Below are positions 28,219-47,820 of a stretch of 64,000 nucleotides of DNA, piece by piece. Source of the DNA: the human T2T-CHM13v2.0 reference genome, Homo sapiens; NCBI RefSeq assembly GCF_009914755.1, contig NC_060926.1; one strand, written 5' to 3'. The translations under genes and the position numbers were made by a program. A model generated the notes under the pieces. The model saw only the letters and a list, made by a program, of their open reading frames with translations, searched no databases and had not been told where the DNA came from. Each line of letters starts with the position of its first letter. Within the stretch, counting starts at the first letter, position 1.

Positions 28219-28676
28219 AACATGGGGAAATGAAACTGGCAGAGAAACTTCCAAGTGGATAGCTTTGAATGGTAGCCCAAGAACCTCCCTCATTTGTTGC
28301 ACTTCCTGTTCTTTGATGCCCCTCACTGTAAAATGGGTACTCTCACTTCTGCCATTCTGTTCATCTTCTTATGCTTGGAAGTGTGTAAAATACTATGCAG
28401 ATCAGAGGTTCTCGACACTTTCCTCCTCAGGAACCACCTTTGATTTATCCAAAATTATATACATCTTCATATTTGCCTCTTTTTAGGATCAATGGGAGGT
28501 AACATTAACGGGAATGCTGGAATTGTGAAACATCAGGTACTTGGTGAAAGTGAATCACAAGGCTTCATGCAGACATGCTGGGGAGAAGGATTGTCAGCCT
28601 CTTCCCGCTTTCCACATCAGCTGTCATGGGGCTGCCCAGGGCAAGCATGGCCACACCCTTCTAGACTCTGGTCTAG

Positions 28677-29022
<346 letters not shown>

Positions 29023-29239
29023 ATAATTACTAATATTTAAGGATCAACTGTAGACTAGAAAATATGTTGCTGTTATTTTTATAATTAACCTTTTAGTTTT
29101 CAGATAATTTATCAGTGCAATTTGCCTATGGCTAATTCTTTAGTTTTATTCTCTCTGTAACATGGAAGTTCAGCCTAGTTTTGCCCTTTGGAAAAGCCAT
29201 AACATTGATTTTCTTTTCATTAGAAAAAAACATATTTAT

Positions 29240-29439
29240 TACCGGCAATTCCATGCCTAGGTATCCCATGGAAGTGGAAACATATACCTACACCAAGTCT
29301 TGTATGCAAGTGTTCATAGCAGCATTATTCATAAGAGCCAAACCTGGGAAACAACCCAAATGTTCATCAAATGGTGAATAGATAAAATTGGTATCTCCAT
29401 ATAATGGAATTCCCACAGCAGTAAAAATGAACTAATTTC

Positions 29440-29470
<31 letters not shown>

Positions 29471-30080
29471 TGAGACAGGATCTCACTCTGTTACCTAGGC
29501 TGAAGTGCAGTGGTGTGATGTTGGCTTACCACAACCTCTGCCTCCTGGGTTCAGACAATTATCCTGCCTCAGCCTCCCAAGTAGCTGGGATTACAGGTGC
29601 CTGCCACCATGCCTGGCTAATTTTTGTATTTTTAGTAGAGACGGGGTTTCATCATGTTGGCCAGGCTGGTCTTGAACTCCTGACCTCAATGATCCACCCA
29701 CCTTGGCCTCCCAAAGTGCTGGGATTACAGGTGTGATCCACCGCGCCCAGTCTATGAACTAAATATTGATACATGCAGCAATACGGATGGATCTAAAAGA
29801 CTATACTAAGGGAAAAAAGCCATACTCAAGAATTTATACATCATATTAATTCATTTATGTGAAATTTCTAATAAAGGCAAAAACAGAAACAGGAGGAAGA
29901 AGAGTGGTTGCCTGGGCCTAAAGCTGGACCTCAAATGGGTATTTAGGAGATTTTTTGGGTAACAAATGTGTTCTAAAACTAGATTGTAGTAATAGTCGCA
30001 AAAGTACATTTACTAAAACATAGAACTGCATAGTTATAAAAGGTAAAATTTATGTTTTGTAAATTACGTGTCAGTTAAGC
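29240..30080 (+). mobile_element. Old L1M 3' end, split by an Alu (29437-29752, minus)
   Basis: gtgttcatagcagcattattcataagagcc...aaacaacccaaatgttcatcaa...gttctaaaactagattgt. Confidence 0.75.
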
Positions 30081-32221
30081 TGAAGAACAAAAACTAATTT
30101 TAAAAAAATCTATCTTTCCAGGTTATTAAGATTTTGTCCCTAAAAATAATATAAGTTTTTGATAACTGAACTTCACAGTTATTAAGTTGACTTACTGACT
30201 TTTAGGAATTTATTTTTGGCATGCTAGTTTAAATCAATCATGACAAACTTTGGGCAGCAAAAGCCTCGTATTGTTCAGAGTCTGTGAGACAGGGCTCAGC
30301 CTAGAGGGGAGGGAGTGGCAGAGTATGGCAGGTGCTACTAAGTCCTACAGAAAGTAGCAAAGTCCAAGGTGGCAGAAAGCCAGAGCCCAGGAAAGACAGC
30401 TAAGGCCAGTTCTACATTATCATCTGTGACCAGGAATGGAGGCTGAGGATGACTTTCCAGGTCTCTCTGGGGTTCTGGAAAATGCAGAGGCCAGAGCCCA
30501 CGTCAGTGTCCAAACAGTAAGGAGTCTGGGGCTCAGCCACAGAGCCTCCGAAAGTCTGGCAGCAACAGCAAGAGGGGCATTCTCAGCTTATGGAGATCCT
30601 GTACCCAAATCCCACAAATTCTGGTCTGTTCATTTCTGTCACTGAGAAAGGAATAGCACGTAAAACACATCACGCAAAATTAAAGATGGGTGCATATATT
30701 TCAGATTTCAACATTAGTGTAAAAAATACACACTATGATTTTACATCAGAACACCAGAGACAAACATCATGGATATTAAGGAAAACAAAATATTAAATAA
30801 CTGAGAAATAAAATGAGTAAACACTAAGCTAATCGGGCTTTTTACTATTGCAACATGTCTAATGAAGTGGTTTCAACCATACAAAAAGGATCAGGACACG
30901 AGTATTTCCAGTCTACTTGGAATAAATGGATCTGATTCTATGAATCATTTAATAAAACCTGGTCCTGGATAACAGGACAGGATCCACTTCCCTGGTGGTT
31001 AACTTGGTACATTCTGTCCTACGCTAGTTTTTACTTTCAAACTTGAGTACTGAGCAAATACTTTAACCTGTCATTCCTTATCAACATCTTGGTGAAAACT
31101 GAGGGTTTGAGGGCAATTCACTTTCTGAAAAACGCAAGGCCCAGAGCCCATTCACTTATTCGTGTAGGGTCATGGGTACTAGTTCTGAATTTACAAAATG
31201 GAGTAAATGTATTAGTGTAGAACCAAAGGGCCTGGAAGCCAGATGCTCCAAGTCTATTTCTTGCATAAGGGATCTAGGAGGAAGGTAAAAGGAATTCTCT
31301 TTTCCTTCCTTAGCACCTGGGTTCTCAGTGGGTTTTCTATGAAGTCCTTGAATGAATGCTTATTAAAGCGCATTCTCATCCAGCCACAAAGCACCATTTC
31401 TAACCTCTACATGTAGACAAATTTTATTACCAGGACCAGTGTGGAGACAGGTGGCCATACTTTCTTCTTTCTGGTTATGCTCAGCCCATTCCATTCCGGC
31501 TTAGCTTGCAGGCATAGCTACCTCTTCCTTTAGAACCTCTGGGCCTGGAGGAACTCACTGGGCCTCCAGGTCTTAAGGTGGAGCACGGCCAACTTGGCTG
31601 GCTCGAGATGAGATTCCCATGTCTTTTATTTCCAAAGCAGTGGGGCCTGACATGAGTTGAGCTGCTCAATGTTCATAGACAGCTTTGATATTATGTGCAA
31701 AGATCTCTAAAGTATATCTTACACTTAAGTTACTTTGAGATTAATGAAAGTGCAAATTCCTATTGTTGTTTTACATCTGGCACTTTTCTAAGGGAGAAGG
31801 CAAGAGATGGCCCAGAAAAAGAAAATACACATTTAGAAATTGGCAACCACTTTTCTGTGGGAATGATCTTTTATTTTTCCTCATCCCCATCCTCAAATTA
31901 TGGGACAGGAAGGGCGGGTGAGAGCTGTTCATGATAGGGTTTTGGAATAGGGTGAGGGTAGAAGGAGTTTCAGTTAATATCTTATTCCCTAGTTGAATCC
32001 TGGCAGCAGGGGAAGGGGGGAGGAAGATTCAGTGGTTGCTGCATCCATGCCAAGGTATACAATATATGGGTAGCCAAGGAGGTCAGTGAATGTCCAGATA
32101 GAAAATGCCATATCCGCATGAACATAACAAGTCAATTCAACATTCATGAAGCACCTATTGTTTTCAGGCTTGGGTGCTGCTATGGCAAATGTAAATATTC
32201 CCTGCCCTGACGATCACATAG

Positions 32222-34040
<1,819 letters not shown>

Positions 34041-34450
34041 TCAAGGAAGGGCATCTTGGGCTTAAGAGTTCCTAAATGCTTTCTGAGCTGGATATTAAGG
34101 GATGAATAGCAGTTAGCTACCTGAAGAGAAGGGGTGCAAGGAACAGCCTGTGACAAGGTCTGGAGATGACAAGAGGCCATGGCAAACTCATGGAGATGAG
34201 AATAGATGGCTACAGCCAAAGCCTATGGGTTGGGCATGGAGTGAAAGTGAAGGAGATGGTGAGAGATGAGACTGCAGAGGAACCAGAGTCTAAATCCTTA
34301 AAGACCTTGTACTTTATGTGGAAGAAAATGGACTTTTTTTCTAAGAGCAATGGGGAGCCATTTAACAGTTTCAGCTAAGGAGCAACACAATTAGAGTTTT
34401 ATTTGACAAAACCCACTCTAGCTGTGGGGTATAGAAATGATTGCAGGTGG

Positions 34451-35034
<584 letters not shown>

Positions 35035-36106
35035 TCACTGTTCCCTGAAATCATGGCCACATATAAACCAACAGGTTTGAAGGGGAAGATGAAGGTTCTG
35101 CTCAGGAATTAATAAGTTTGAAATGAGTGTGGGGCAACCAGGAGGAAATACCTAGTAGGCAGGTGGTATAAGTGTCAGAAGCTCAAAAAGACATGCAGAC
35201 AGAAGGCACAAACTTGGGTCTAAATCAGCATTCGAAAAGTCTTGAGAACTTTGTGCCAAGCACTGTTTTTAGAGAGTTGTGCTACCACAGCGGACAAAAC
35301 ACACAAAAGTTCTTGGGTCCCCATGGGGCTTATTTCCACACAGATGGTAACTGAAGATCTGCAGGGAGGCCTCCTTGCCCAGAGAGAGTGGTGACAGAAA
35401 AGAACTGAGCTAAGAATACTGGGAAGCAATAGAAATTAAAGGATGCACAGAAGAAAAGAATCTGGAAAATTGACTGACTGCCCTGAAAACTGCTAGATTC
35501 AAGATGGAGTGGGGGTGATAGGTAAGGCAGGGCCCCATGTGGGATGGGGAAAGAGCTAAGGCAGGATGGTCTTAGGATTCGAGAGCCCTGAACGTGCTTG
35601 AATGCCACCGGGAAAGAGCCCAGTGGGGAGAAGGGGTGCAGATACAGGAGCTGGCACTAGAGCAGGAGGGTAATTCGGAACAGATGTGGGGAGGTGCAGA
35701 GCAAGGTGGGAGGCAAGCCCCGCCCACTGTAGTAGAAGGGGGAGAGGATGTGTGGATACAGGAAGTTTGCAGGTGTGGAGCCAGTATGTTGGAGAATGCT
35801 CATCTGATGGCACCTGTTCCCTCTGTCGGGGACAAGGTCATCTGCCCACAGTAAATGAGAATGGAGTGGAAGTTTGAGAAAAATAGACAATGTTGAAATA
35901 GACACCATGGTGAATGGGGAGAGCAAGCTGAGAAGCCAAGGGGAGCTGCTGCTGGGAGGCACTGGGTTGGGGGCCTTGGTGGGGTGGTCAGATGAATGAA
36001 GGGCAATGAACCAAAGAACAGCAGGGTTAAAAAAAATGGATTTGAGTCAGTAGAATGTAGCTGGCAGTCAATGCTGTGGGCTCTGGTGTCAAAGTACTGG
36101 GACTCA

Positions 36107-36870
<764 letters not shown>

Positions 36871-38717
36871 AACATATATTTTTAAATTTATATAATAAAA
36901 AGAAAAAATAAATCCTCCAGAGCCCCTATTACCCAAATGACACCCAAACTTGCAGAGCACAGCCATTCCTGGTCACATCAAGCTACCTGCCCTTCCCCTC
37001 CAGGCACCAACTACTTGCTGTAGGGGTGTGAGTCTGTACTGGTGCATGCTCCTCCCTCAGCTTTGGGGACAACCCCCTATCACCCCAATCATCACAGCTG
37101 TTGGTTGCCTTGTGTTTGCCCCTCCTCCCGGAGGGGAAGAGCACACCCCTGGAAGCCCTATGTGATGCTGCCCAGCCTTCCTGTCTGGGCGCCCACATTT
37201 TTCACAGCCGACCCGCCATACCTTGGATGCAGCTTCCATCCCCCTGGGCATCCTCTCCTCTGGCCAACCCTTCTGTAATGCTCCCCAAGTGTGGCTACCT
37301 CACCTGCCTGAAGCCTCCTGACTCAAGCTGGATAGGTGCAGCCTTGTCCTGGCACTTCCCAGGCCTCTCATCTCCTATGAGCCTGCGGTTCTGCTCAGCC
37401 CTGTAACTGCACCATCCTGCTGAGGGTCTCGGCATGTCCGAGGAGCTTGGGAAACTATGCTGCATAATTTGAGTTTAGTCCAATAGGCTGCCTTCGCCTC
37501 ACATTTAGCTGCTGTCTTGATTTTTCCCTTTCTGTTCCCTGCTTCTGGAGAGTCCAGATGAGCAAAGCATGCCGGGGTTTAGAGCGAGAAAGCTGGGGGG
37601 TGAAAGGGAGGACCCCCCCCAGTGCTGTGTCAGAGGCTCTTCTTTTCAGGAACCCAGGGCAGAGGCCACCTGGGTGCCCTGCAGGCCATGAGTGCACACC
37701 TTCGTGTGCACCCAGTCAGCCACTGTGAAAATCAAATCTCATCTCAGCTCTGGGCATTTCTCTGTAGTGGTTCTCAACACAAGACCAATAAACCTGACAC
37801 GCGCTAGGAGTGAAATCCAGTAGGAGAGAAGCGGTCTAAAACACAAACCCATTAAGTCAACCTCGTATTATTAAACTTCCTAATTTAGGAACTGCCCTCC
37901 GGGCCCTAGCACCACTTCTTGGAGGCAGGGTCGCTGTTTGTTTCTCTCAAACCCAGGCTGTTAGTGCAGAGGTCCCCCTAGGCCTGCCTACTCCAGCCAC
38001 CCCCACCCTGGTGTCACTGCCTGGGAATGAGCTGTGCCACCATCCAGCCCAGTCCTGAGGAACGCCCAGACAGGGTAGCAGAGCCCTCCACATGGTGGTG
38101 CCTCAGGGGGCAGAAGGAGGTGCACCACCTGCTGTAAGCTGAGGAGGGAGTTAGTGGATCTGGAGCCTCAGAAGGAAGTCAGGGGACAGGGGAGTGGGGG
38201 TACTGGCTGTGCAGAAATGAACGGGGTGGGCTGCCGTGCTTGGCGGCATCCTTGCTGTGGACACAGTGAGATGTCCAGGAGATACTATGGTAGCAATCTC
38301 CACTTGTGTGGCAAAATATGTTAGGAAAATGACCCAAATGCCAAAGGGGAGGAAGAGACCACCCCAGGGGCCAGAATTTTGTTTCTGAGGGAAAACACTA
38401 TTTTAATTAAGACTAGCTTTAAGGCCTTCCATTCATATACAGATCCACAGTTAGATTCCAAACAGCAAAGAGGTAATCAATCAGCTCATTTGGTCTGAAA
38501 TTGTAACAAGACTTTGCTAAACGTTACAGAAAAATAACCCAGTGTGGCGTCCTCGGCCCTGCGTGTCCATGGCGGCTGAAGGCTGGGCCTCCTGCGGTCT
38601 GCTTACCCTGAGCAGCTATGCATGCGTGCGCACATGCCTACCCCACCTGCCTGGGGCGCGCGTGGCCACAGGCACCCTTCCCAGAACCGCAGCTCATGTC
38701 AGGTTTGGCACATAAAT

Positions 38718-38723
38718 TTTATT
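38718..38723 (-). terminator. CHST10: CHST10 distal poly(A) signal AATAAA
   Basis: tttatt on the + strand in an AT-rich patch about 1.36 kb after the stop codon; a second AATAAA lies at 38984-38989. Confidence 0.7.
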
Positions 38724-40083
38724 TAACTTTCACATTGACACAATCAGGAAACCATTCTGAGAAAAGGTAGAGGCCGCCTTGAAGCGAAGCCTGGCTCCCT
38801 CCTCCACCCCGGGCTCGGCGGCACCATGCAGGCTCAGGCTGGCACTCATCCCAGGAAACTGTCCCAGTTCTCAGCGGTCCTGGCTGTGGACGGTATCTGA
38901 AATGGTCGCTGCGGCTTGCCCTGCACCAGGGCCTACCTTGTTGCCAGGAAGCCGCACTGCTGGAGGCTACCTGGGCGCTGGGTTTTATTGCTGGTGAACT
39001 TGGTTACCCACCTTCCAGTCACATGGTCCAGGATGGTGGTGTGATCAGAAATGGCTCTGGCAGTGCCCATTTTGCTGAGATGAAAGGAATCGAAATGTAT
39101 AAACTACACTGAATTCTGTGATGCTGGCAGGTTGCCCCTGCTCGTCTTCAGCCCCAACATGGGAGCTCCCTGGAGAAGACAGGTGGAGATTCACTGCTGT
39201 CCACCCAGGTAAGGCAAGTCAGAACTGATGCGCCGGGATCCACAGCAGCCTGAGCTCCAAGCCCAACCAGCGCCCCCATTCCTGGGCCATGGTCCTTTTA
39301 AGGCCCTCAAAGACACTCCCCTTCTCAGGTAGAAAAAGCCTCCCCTCCCCTCACCTTCTAAAATCGTATGTCTTGTGCTGAATGAAATAGGCGCTTGGCA
39401 GACACAGGTTCAGAAGCATGGACCAGCATTACACAGGCATGGATTCTGGAAAGATGGACCCCTGGACACCACACCACCCTCTGGCCATCGCTGACTGTCT
39501 ACAGGAACAAAATAGTCACAGAAAGAATGCTTTGCCTCCACAATTGTCGCAGCACCAAGATGAAGGCCAGAGGTGCCGTTTTACTCCTCAGATCTGATGC
39601 TGCAAAAGTCTCTGCGATTTCAGCAGCCCCCTTGCTTCTCTGTCCCTCCTCAGAGTCCTGGGTGCTGTTCCTGCAACCCACCAGTGATGGGTGAAGCCAC
39701 CCCGACTAGCCAGGAGAACCTCAGGGGCATCCCCTTCCTTAACACCTGAAGGAAACGGCTCCTAACGCTGTGTGATGCTTCCTCCCTGCTGGGCTGTCAA
39801 ACTGCAAATCTTTAGCCTTTTCTCCCCTCTGAGGTGAGCAAAGGCCAGCGACATCCTAATGCACGCAGGGGTGTGGGCAGGGTCCTCAGAGCATCTTACA
39901 TCCAAACTAAGTTGTAACAGTTGGGGTTCTGCGTCATATGCCGAGGCAACTCACAGGCCTGTGGGAGACCCCGGGCATCCTCAAAGGAGGGGTGTGGTGG
40001 AGGAAGGGTCATTTCTGGGCTCAGATCTTCACCTGGTTAGCCCCAGGTCTAATAAAGATATTTGAATTCATAGGTCTTATGCA

Positions 40084-40621
40084 TTAGTTTAGCAAAAAGT
40101 CTGGTTTCTGGTACCCAAAGAGCTTAAAGTCCCCTTCGAAACGGGCATACAGGCGTCGGATGTCTCGTTTGCTGATGCCCAGGAAATAGTGCTCCACCTT
40201 GGTTCTGTTATACACGGTAATGCCCGGAGGGATAGTCGGGTATGACACCAGGTGGTCAATGCCAGCCTCTTTTAAGATGTATGGGGCATCGTCCTCCAGG
40301 GTCTCGTGGTGTCCAATCACACTGTACATTATCTCACAGGGAGCACAGAGCTCTACATACGTCACCCAGTGAATGATGTGGTCCCCAAACTGAAGGTCTA
40401 GCCATCTGTGGTTCGGATCGCCGAGGTAGCGCACGAAATCTTCAAACTGGATCCCCCGCGTCTCTGTCCGGTTCCTCCTGTATTTTCTGATGATGCCAGG
40501 AGCAATCTCATGCCTGTACCAAGGCTCAAACCGGGGATTGTGAACAAATTTATCCTTAAATGCAGAAATAAGTCTTTCGAAGGGATCTCTTACAATAAAA
40601 AACTTGAAGTATGTTTTCAAT
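40084..40621 (-). CDS. CHST10: CHST10 last coding exon with the 3'-PB motif and stop codon
   Basis: LKTYFKFFIVRDPFERLISAF...FGYQKPDFLLN-TAA; acceptor TTTTTTTCCTTAG. Confidence 0.98.
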
Positions 40622-41561
40622 CTAAGGAAAAAAACGAACAAGAGGTTAACTTGATGCCACAGGAGGTCACAGCTGAGGGGGCGGGAGAGGGAAGAATGAG
40701 CGGAGTGCAGCACTGTGTATGGGACCCTCACGTGCCGAGGCTGCCATGAATGCATTCCACACGTCTCTTAATCTACTCCAAGATCCTGTGGATTAATCCT
40801 GTTATTACCACACTTTGCAGGTGAGAAAACAGAGGCTTGGAAAACCTTACCTGTCCAAGGCCACAGTACTCATTGTAGGCAGTCACTGTGAAGACATCTA
40901 TTTAATCTACCTTCTGTTTTACTTGAATGATTCAAAACTTCAAGAATGTTTACAAATTTTGTTCCTGGGCAGAAAATCATAAGGGCAGGAACTCTGAGTC
41001 AGGAATAGATGGTGCCAGGGAAAGTTACTTTAAGGGCATATTTTTAAAAGTTCAATTCAAATTGCCAGGGGAAGGGGGGCAAGAGAAAACAGAGAGTCAG
41101 GCTTCACGCTCCAGAGGGCAGGAGCAGGTCTGGGTGAGCTGCAAGCGGGCGGCAGCAGAGCATGGCCCTGGGGAGGAGGGCCGGCAGCAGTGACGATGAC
41201 AAAGACGATGACAACAGTGACATCACAGAACACGGTATGATTAAGACAGGCCAGAAACTGCTCTCTGTGCTTTGCCGTGTCTTCACTCACTGAGTCTCAC
41301 AAAAGCCCCATGAGTGCTCAGGGCAACAGCAGGACACTCCTCACCAGGAGCATCTCTGGTAAGGGTTGTAAGGATGGGCAGGTGCCATGCAGGTCAGGCG
41401 CCATGCAAGGCAGGTGGCTGCAGACCCAGGAGGCAAAATCCAGCTGGTGACCTGACGTGAGCCGCTGCTTTTGCATCCTCACTCCTTTTCAGCCTTGCTC
41501 TCCTGGGCCACCTGAGAGCTACTACATGAGAACTTTCTCATCTATTAGCTAAGGACTCCAT

Positions 41562-41854
41562 CTTCTTTTTTTTTTTTTTGAGACAGAGTCTTGCTCTGTC
41601 GCCCCAGCTAGAGTACAGTGGCCAGATCTTGGCTCACTGCAACCCTTGCCTCCAGGGTTCAAGCGATTCTCCTGCTTCAGCCTCCTGAGTAGCTAGGACT
41701 ACACGTGTGTGCCACCACAGCGGGCTATTTTTTTTTTTTAGTAGAAACGGGGTTTCTGTCAGTCACACTTGTCTTGAACTCCTGACTTCAAATGATCCGC
41801 CCACCTCGGCCTCCCAAAGTGCTGGTATTACAGGCATGAGCCACTGCGCCCAGC
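41562..41854 (-). mobile_element. Alu in the last CHST10 intron
   Basis: poly(T) followed by Alu reverse complement. Confidence 0.92.
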
Positions 41855-42345
41855 CTGGACTCCGTCCTTGCTGCGATCAGGGGTTCCGTCTCTCTACCCT
41901 GCCCATGCTGGATGCAGCCCACACAACCACTGCAGGGGCAGCTCCCACAGCAGTGGGCACAATGCCTCTGGGAGAATCAAATACTCAGTGAGATCTCTGC
42001 AATCCAAATCCCTTTCTTATAAAGAAAAGATCATATTCAGCAAGCAATCTATAAAACTTTACCAAAGCAGAACAAAGTTGCCTGCTAATTTCTATTAATA
42101 AAATGATGTCACCTTCATGTTAATGGACTGTGTGAAGGTAAGGCTGGAAATTCTCAGAAGGAACTGAGAGTTTTGAGGCGCCGAATGGGGGGTGTAGCTT
42201 AGCTGCCTCTCACTGATGCAAACCGACAGCCCTCTGTGGTCCTCCGATCAACCTGCCAAGTACAGAACTCAGCCTGGGGTTTTCCCCAAATTTCTTCTCA
42301 GGTTTACAAAAACTCCCCCCTCCCCTTTGAGGAAGCTGTTCTCAC

Positions 42346-42451
42346 CGCTTCTGAATTTCTGCATCACTGAAGGAAGAGAGCCGAGGAAGGCCGTTCTTCT
42401 CGTGGTCGTGCACCACGTTTTCGGGGATCTCCTCAATGGAAGAAAATGCTC
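42346..42451 (-). CDS. CHST10: CHST10 coding exon 4
   Basis: GAFSSIEEIPENVVHDHEKNGLPRLSSFSDAEIQKR; acceptor ACTTCCCAG, donor CG|GTGAGA. Confidence 0.96.
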
Positions 42452-44744
42452 CTGGGAAGTAAACGGAAAGGAAGGCAGGTTGGCTGCTCCAGTACGCCCC
42501 TTAGAGAAGGGCATGTCCTTACCTCATCTTTACCTTGGGCCTCATGTTCCCCACGTGTGCATGACAAGCCCACCCCCAATATCCAAGTTTAGGTCTTTGA
42601 ATTTCAACTGCTTCTGCCAGCAGGATGAACGAGTGAAGAAAAGCTTCTGGGAATCCATAAGCCAACTAGAGGAAACTGATGATTTCAGGGAGGAGGGGGA
42701 GGGAGCAGGAGTGGAAATGCTGGCAGTGCCTACCCCTGGCAATGGACCTAACTGGGCTAAATCTGCCATTAGAGGAAGATCGCTGCATGCAAACAGAACT
42801 CCTAACACCAGCAACACTTACTCTACTCTGAGACTGGGGGAAAATGCCAGAGAAGCAGGACTTTGGAACGTCATGCTAACAGATGCCCGCAGCAGCTTCA
42901 CAGCCCCATCCCATAGACAGGCTAAGCTCTCCAAGCACCACATGCCCCTGGCCCACAGTGGCTCTCAGGTACCCCAGCAGCATCCCAGGCTGGCAAAGAG
43001 CAAAGACCTTTTGATGCTGGAAAAATCTGACTAAGCTATGGGAGCTGTGATACATTTGAGACAGGAGTCAAAAGAGGACAAGGTATGTCGAGAAGGCAGG
43101 GCCGTGCCAACAGCCAGGGTCTGTCATCAGGGACCAGTGCAGGTCCAGGCTGCTGAATGGAACTTGGGCAGAGACCATCCTAGGGTTGGTGGCTGAGCAG
43201 GTTTTTCACTCTTTTCTCAATACAGACAAATGGAAATACACTGTCAGTATGCTGAGGTTTTCTCCAAGTTTCTGTAAGCCTTAATATCCATCTTTGTGTT
43301 AATCCGGTAGGGTTAAGATTGGAGTCCTGGCAGGGAAGAATCTCCCTGGGCCATCTGACCAGTGGACACAGTCTTGTCTGTTTTATTGATTCCTCCCCCG
43401 AGTGTTTAAAGCCCAGTCCAGAACTCTGCGGTACATGCTATGGATGGCTGTAAACTAGGCGTGGGGAGCACTGCTCTCAAGGGGACAATGACAGAACCAG
43501 CTCTGTGGGTCCACATATGGGCCCATTCATGCACCTGTCCCCATCCAGGTGCACTAGTGGTTACCGAAGATAGCCACAAGGACCACCCGCTTCTGTATTA
43601 CATGATCCAGCAAGCCCACTCTGATTTCTATGCTGCCCTTCTAAGTGGGTGTTTACTTCTTAAAGTATGCTGCTTCACACTGTGGTGGCTGATTTGTGAG
43701 CCTTTGTATATTCCTTGTTTTCAATTCGATTTGCAGCCTCATTCTGCTTCTGAAAACCCAACATGCTATCCAATCACTGCAGAAGCACATTAATTATATG
43801 TGACAACCAGATGATGAGGTGCCACCATTCTCTCTCCCAGCCAACCCCTGCGAAGGCCAAACAGTGGCCAGGAGTGACCACCGACTCTGTGGGCAGCATC
43901 AGGAGTGGCAAGCAGGACATGGAGCCTTAGGGCCACCTACCCATGGTGCCCCAAAATCCGATTTCTGACCCAGGAGTCCCACTGCTGTTGACTGGAACTA
44001 ACTCCTGTCTGAAGCTAAATTTCGTAAGCAGAGCCCATAATTATTAGGATCGGTTCAGACTAATTGGAATTTAAATAAATAGACATCTCTAAAAAGAGTA
44101 GTGAGTAATCAAAACTGCAGTGTATGAGGTTACTTTGTGATGATCTAATTTGTTCCCTAGCAAACATCAGGTTTCCTGAAGCAAGCTGACTCAATCCTCT
44201 GAACACAGATGCTTAGTGTGAAATGGGGTACAATTTCTTCCTGCTCGCTGGCACAGAACGCTTGGTCTGCAGGTAAAGAGGCTCCAGGCCCCGGGCCAGG
44301 GCTCCCCTCCCAGGCTCTACAGTGTGAGCCCTTCTCACTGCAGAGAGGGTGACCGTGAGGCTTCCTGGTGGCTCTGCGAGTGTGGGGCCCTGGGGATGTC
44401 GGACAGAGTGGGTGACTATAACCATCAGCACAGGGAACCTGAAGAGACAAAGGAGGGGGGCCTGGGGGTGGGCGAGCCACCTAAAGTGAGGATCTGCTGT
44501 GACAGGTGAGGAGAGCTGGACTGTGGCTGTGCCCCTTTGAAAAGAATCGGTGTCTAAACGAGCCCCACTAACTTGTAAGGCACAACACTAACAGGAAACA
44601 ACAAAAACAGGCCTGTCTGGAAGGCCACCAGTCCCTTCAGGTCAAACCAGCCCTCTTGTGACTCCTCCTTGCTGTCCTCCCCAGCCTCCTCAGCACCGGC
44701 CACCAAGACCCTTCCCAGTGGACATTCAGTAGACCCATACACAC

Positions 44745-44979
44745 CATTTAGAACAATCAGCACTTTCTTCCACTGGGTGTTGCCCACTTTGGGAGTCTGG
44801 CAGAAAAGAATCTTGTGCTTGTCACAGACAAATATTCGGTCCAGGACAAACTTGGAGACAGGAGTGTGCGAGAGATTCTTCAGGGCATCATCCCTGCAGA
44901 CGTTTCTGATGAGTTCCAGGCGCTCCATGTAGACCAGGGGCTGAACGAGCTGGCTGTCTGGAAGCTCCTTCCCAGTTGG
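44745..44979 (-). CDS. CHST10: CHST10 coding exon 3 with the 5'-PSB PAPS-binding motif
   Basis: PTGKELPDSQLVQPLVYMERLELIRNVC...FCQTPKVGNTQWKKVLIVLN; acceptor CACCTGCAG, donor G|GTGTGT. Confidence 0.97.
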
Positions 44980-45260
44980 CTGCAGGTGACACAGAGCAGA
45001 AGAGGCCCAGGGACCATTAAAGGAGGCAGGACCGGGCCAAGCAGAGCCGCTCCTGCTGGTCTATCCCCTCCTTTCCATCTGGAGCCTTCTCTTCTTCCCT
45101 TCCTTGTCTGTCTACAGAGTGACACCCACTATCCCCAGCCCCTTCATGAGGCCTTCAGAGCCTCTCCACCAGCCCGATCGGCAGGCTGGGCAAGGAAAAT
45201 GAATGCAAGCTTGGTTCCTCAGATCTTTGGAGAGAAGTTTGACTTTAAAAAACAAAATAA

Positions 45261-47820
<2,560 letters not shown>

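Noticed and set aside
37788-37793. Plus-strand AATAAA as the 3' end of a convergent lncRNA
   Set aside because: A lone hexamer; I could not build a supporting exon chain from sequence alone.
40622-40755. N-terminal extension of the 223-aa ORF 40084-40755
   Set aside because: Intronic read-through upstream of the true acceptor at 40621.
42216-43034. 272-aa plus-strand ORF antisense to CHST10 coding exon 4
   Set aside because: No recognisable domain or compositional signature; a chance open frame in GC-richer intronic sequence overlapping a real exon on the other strand.
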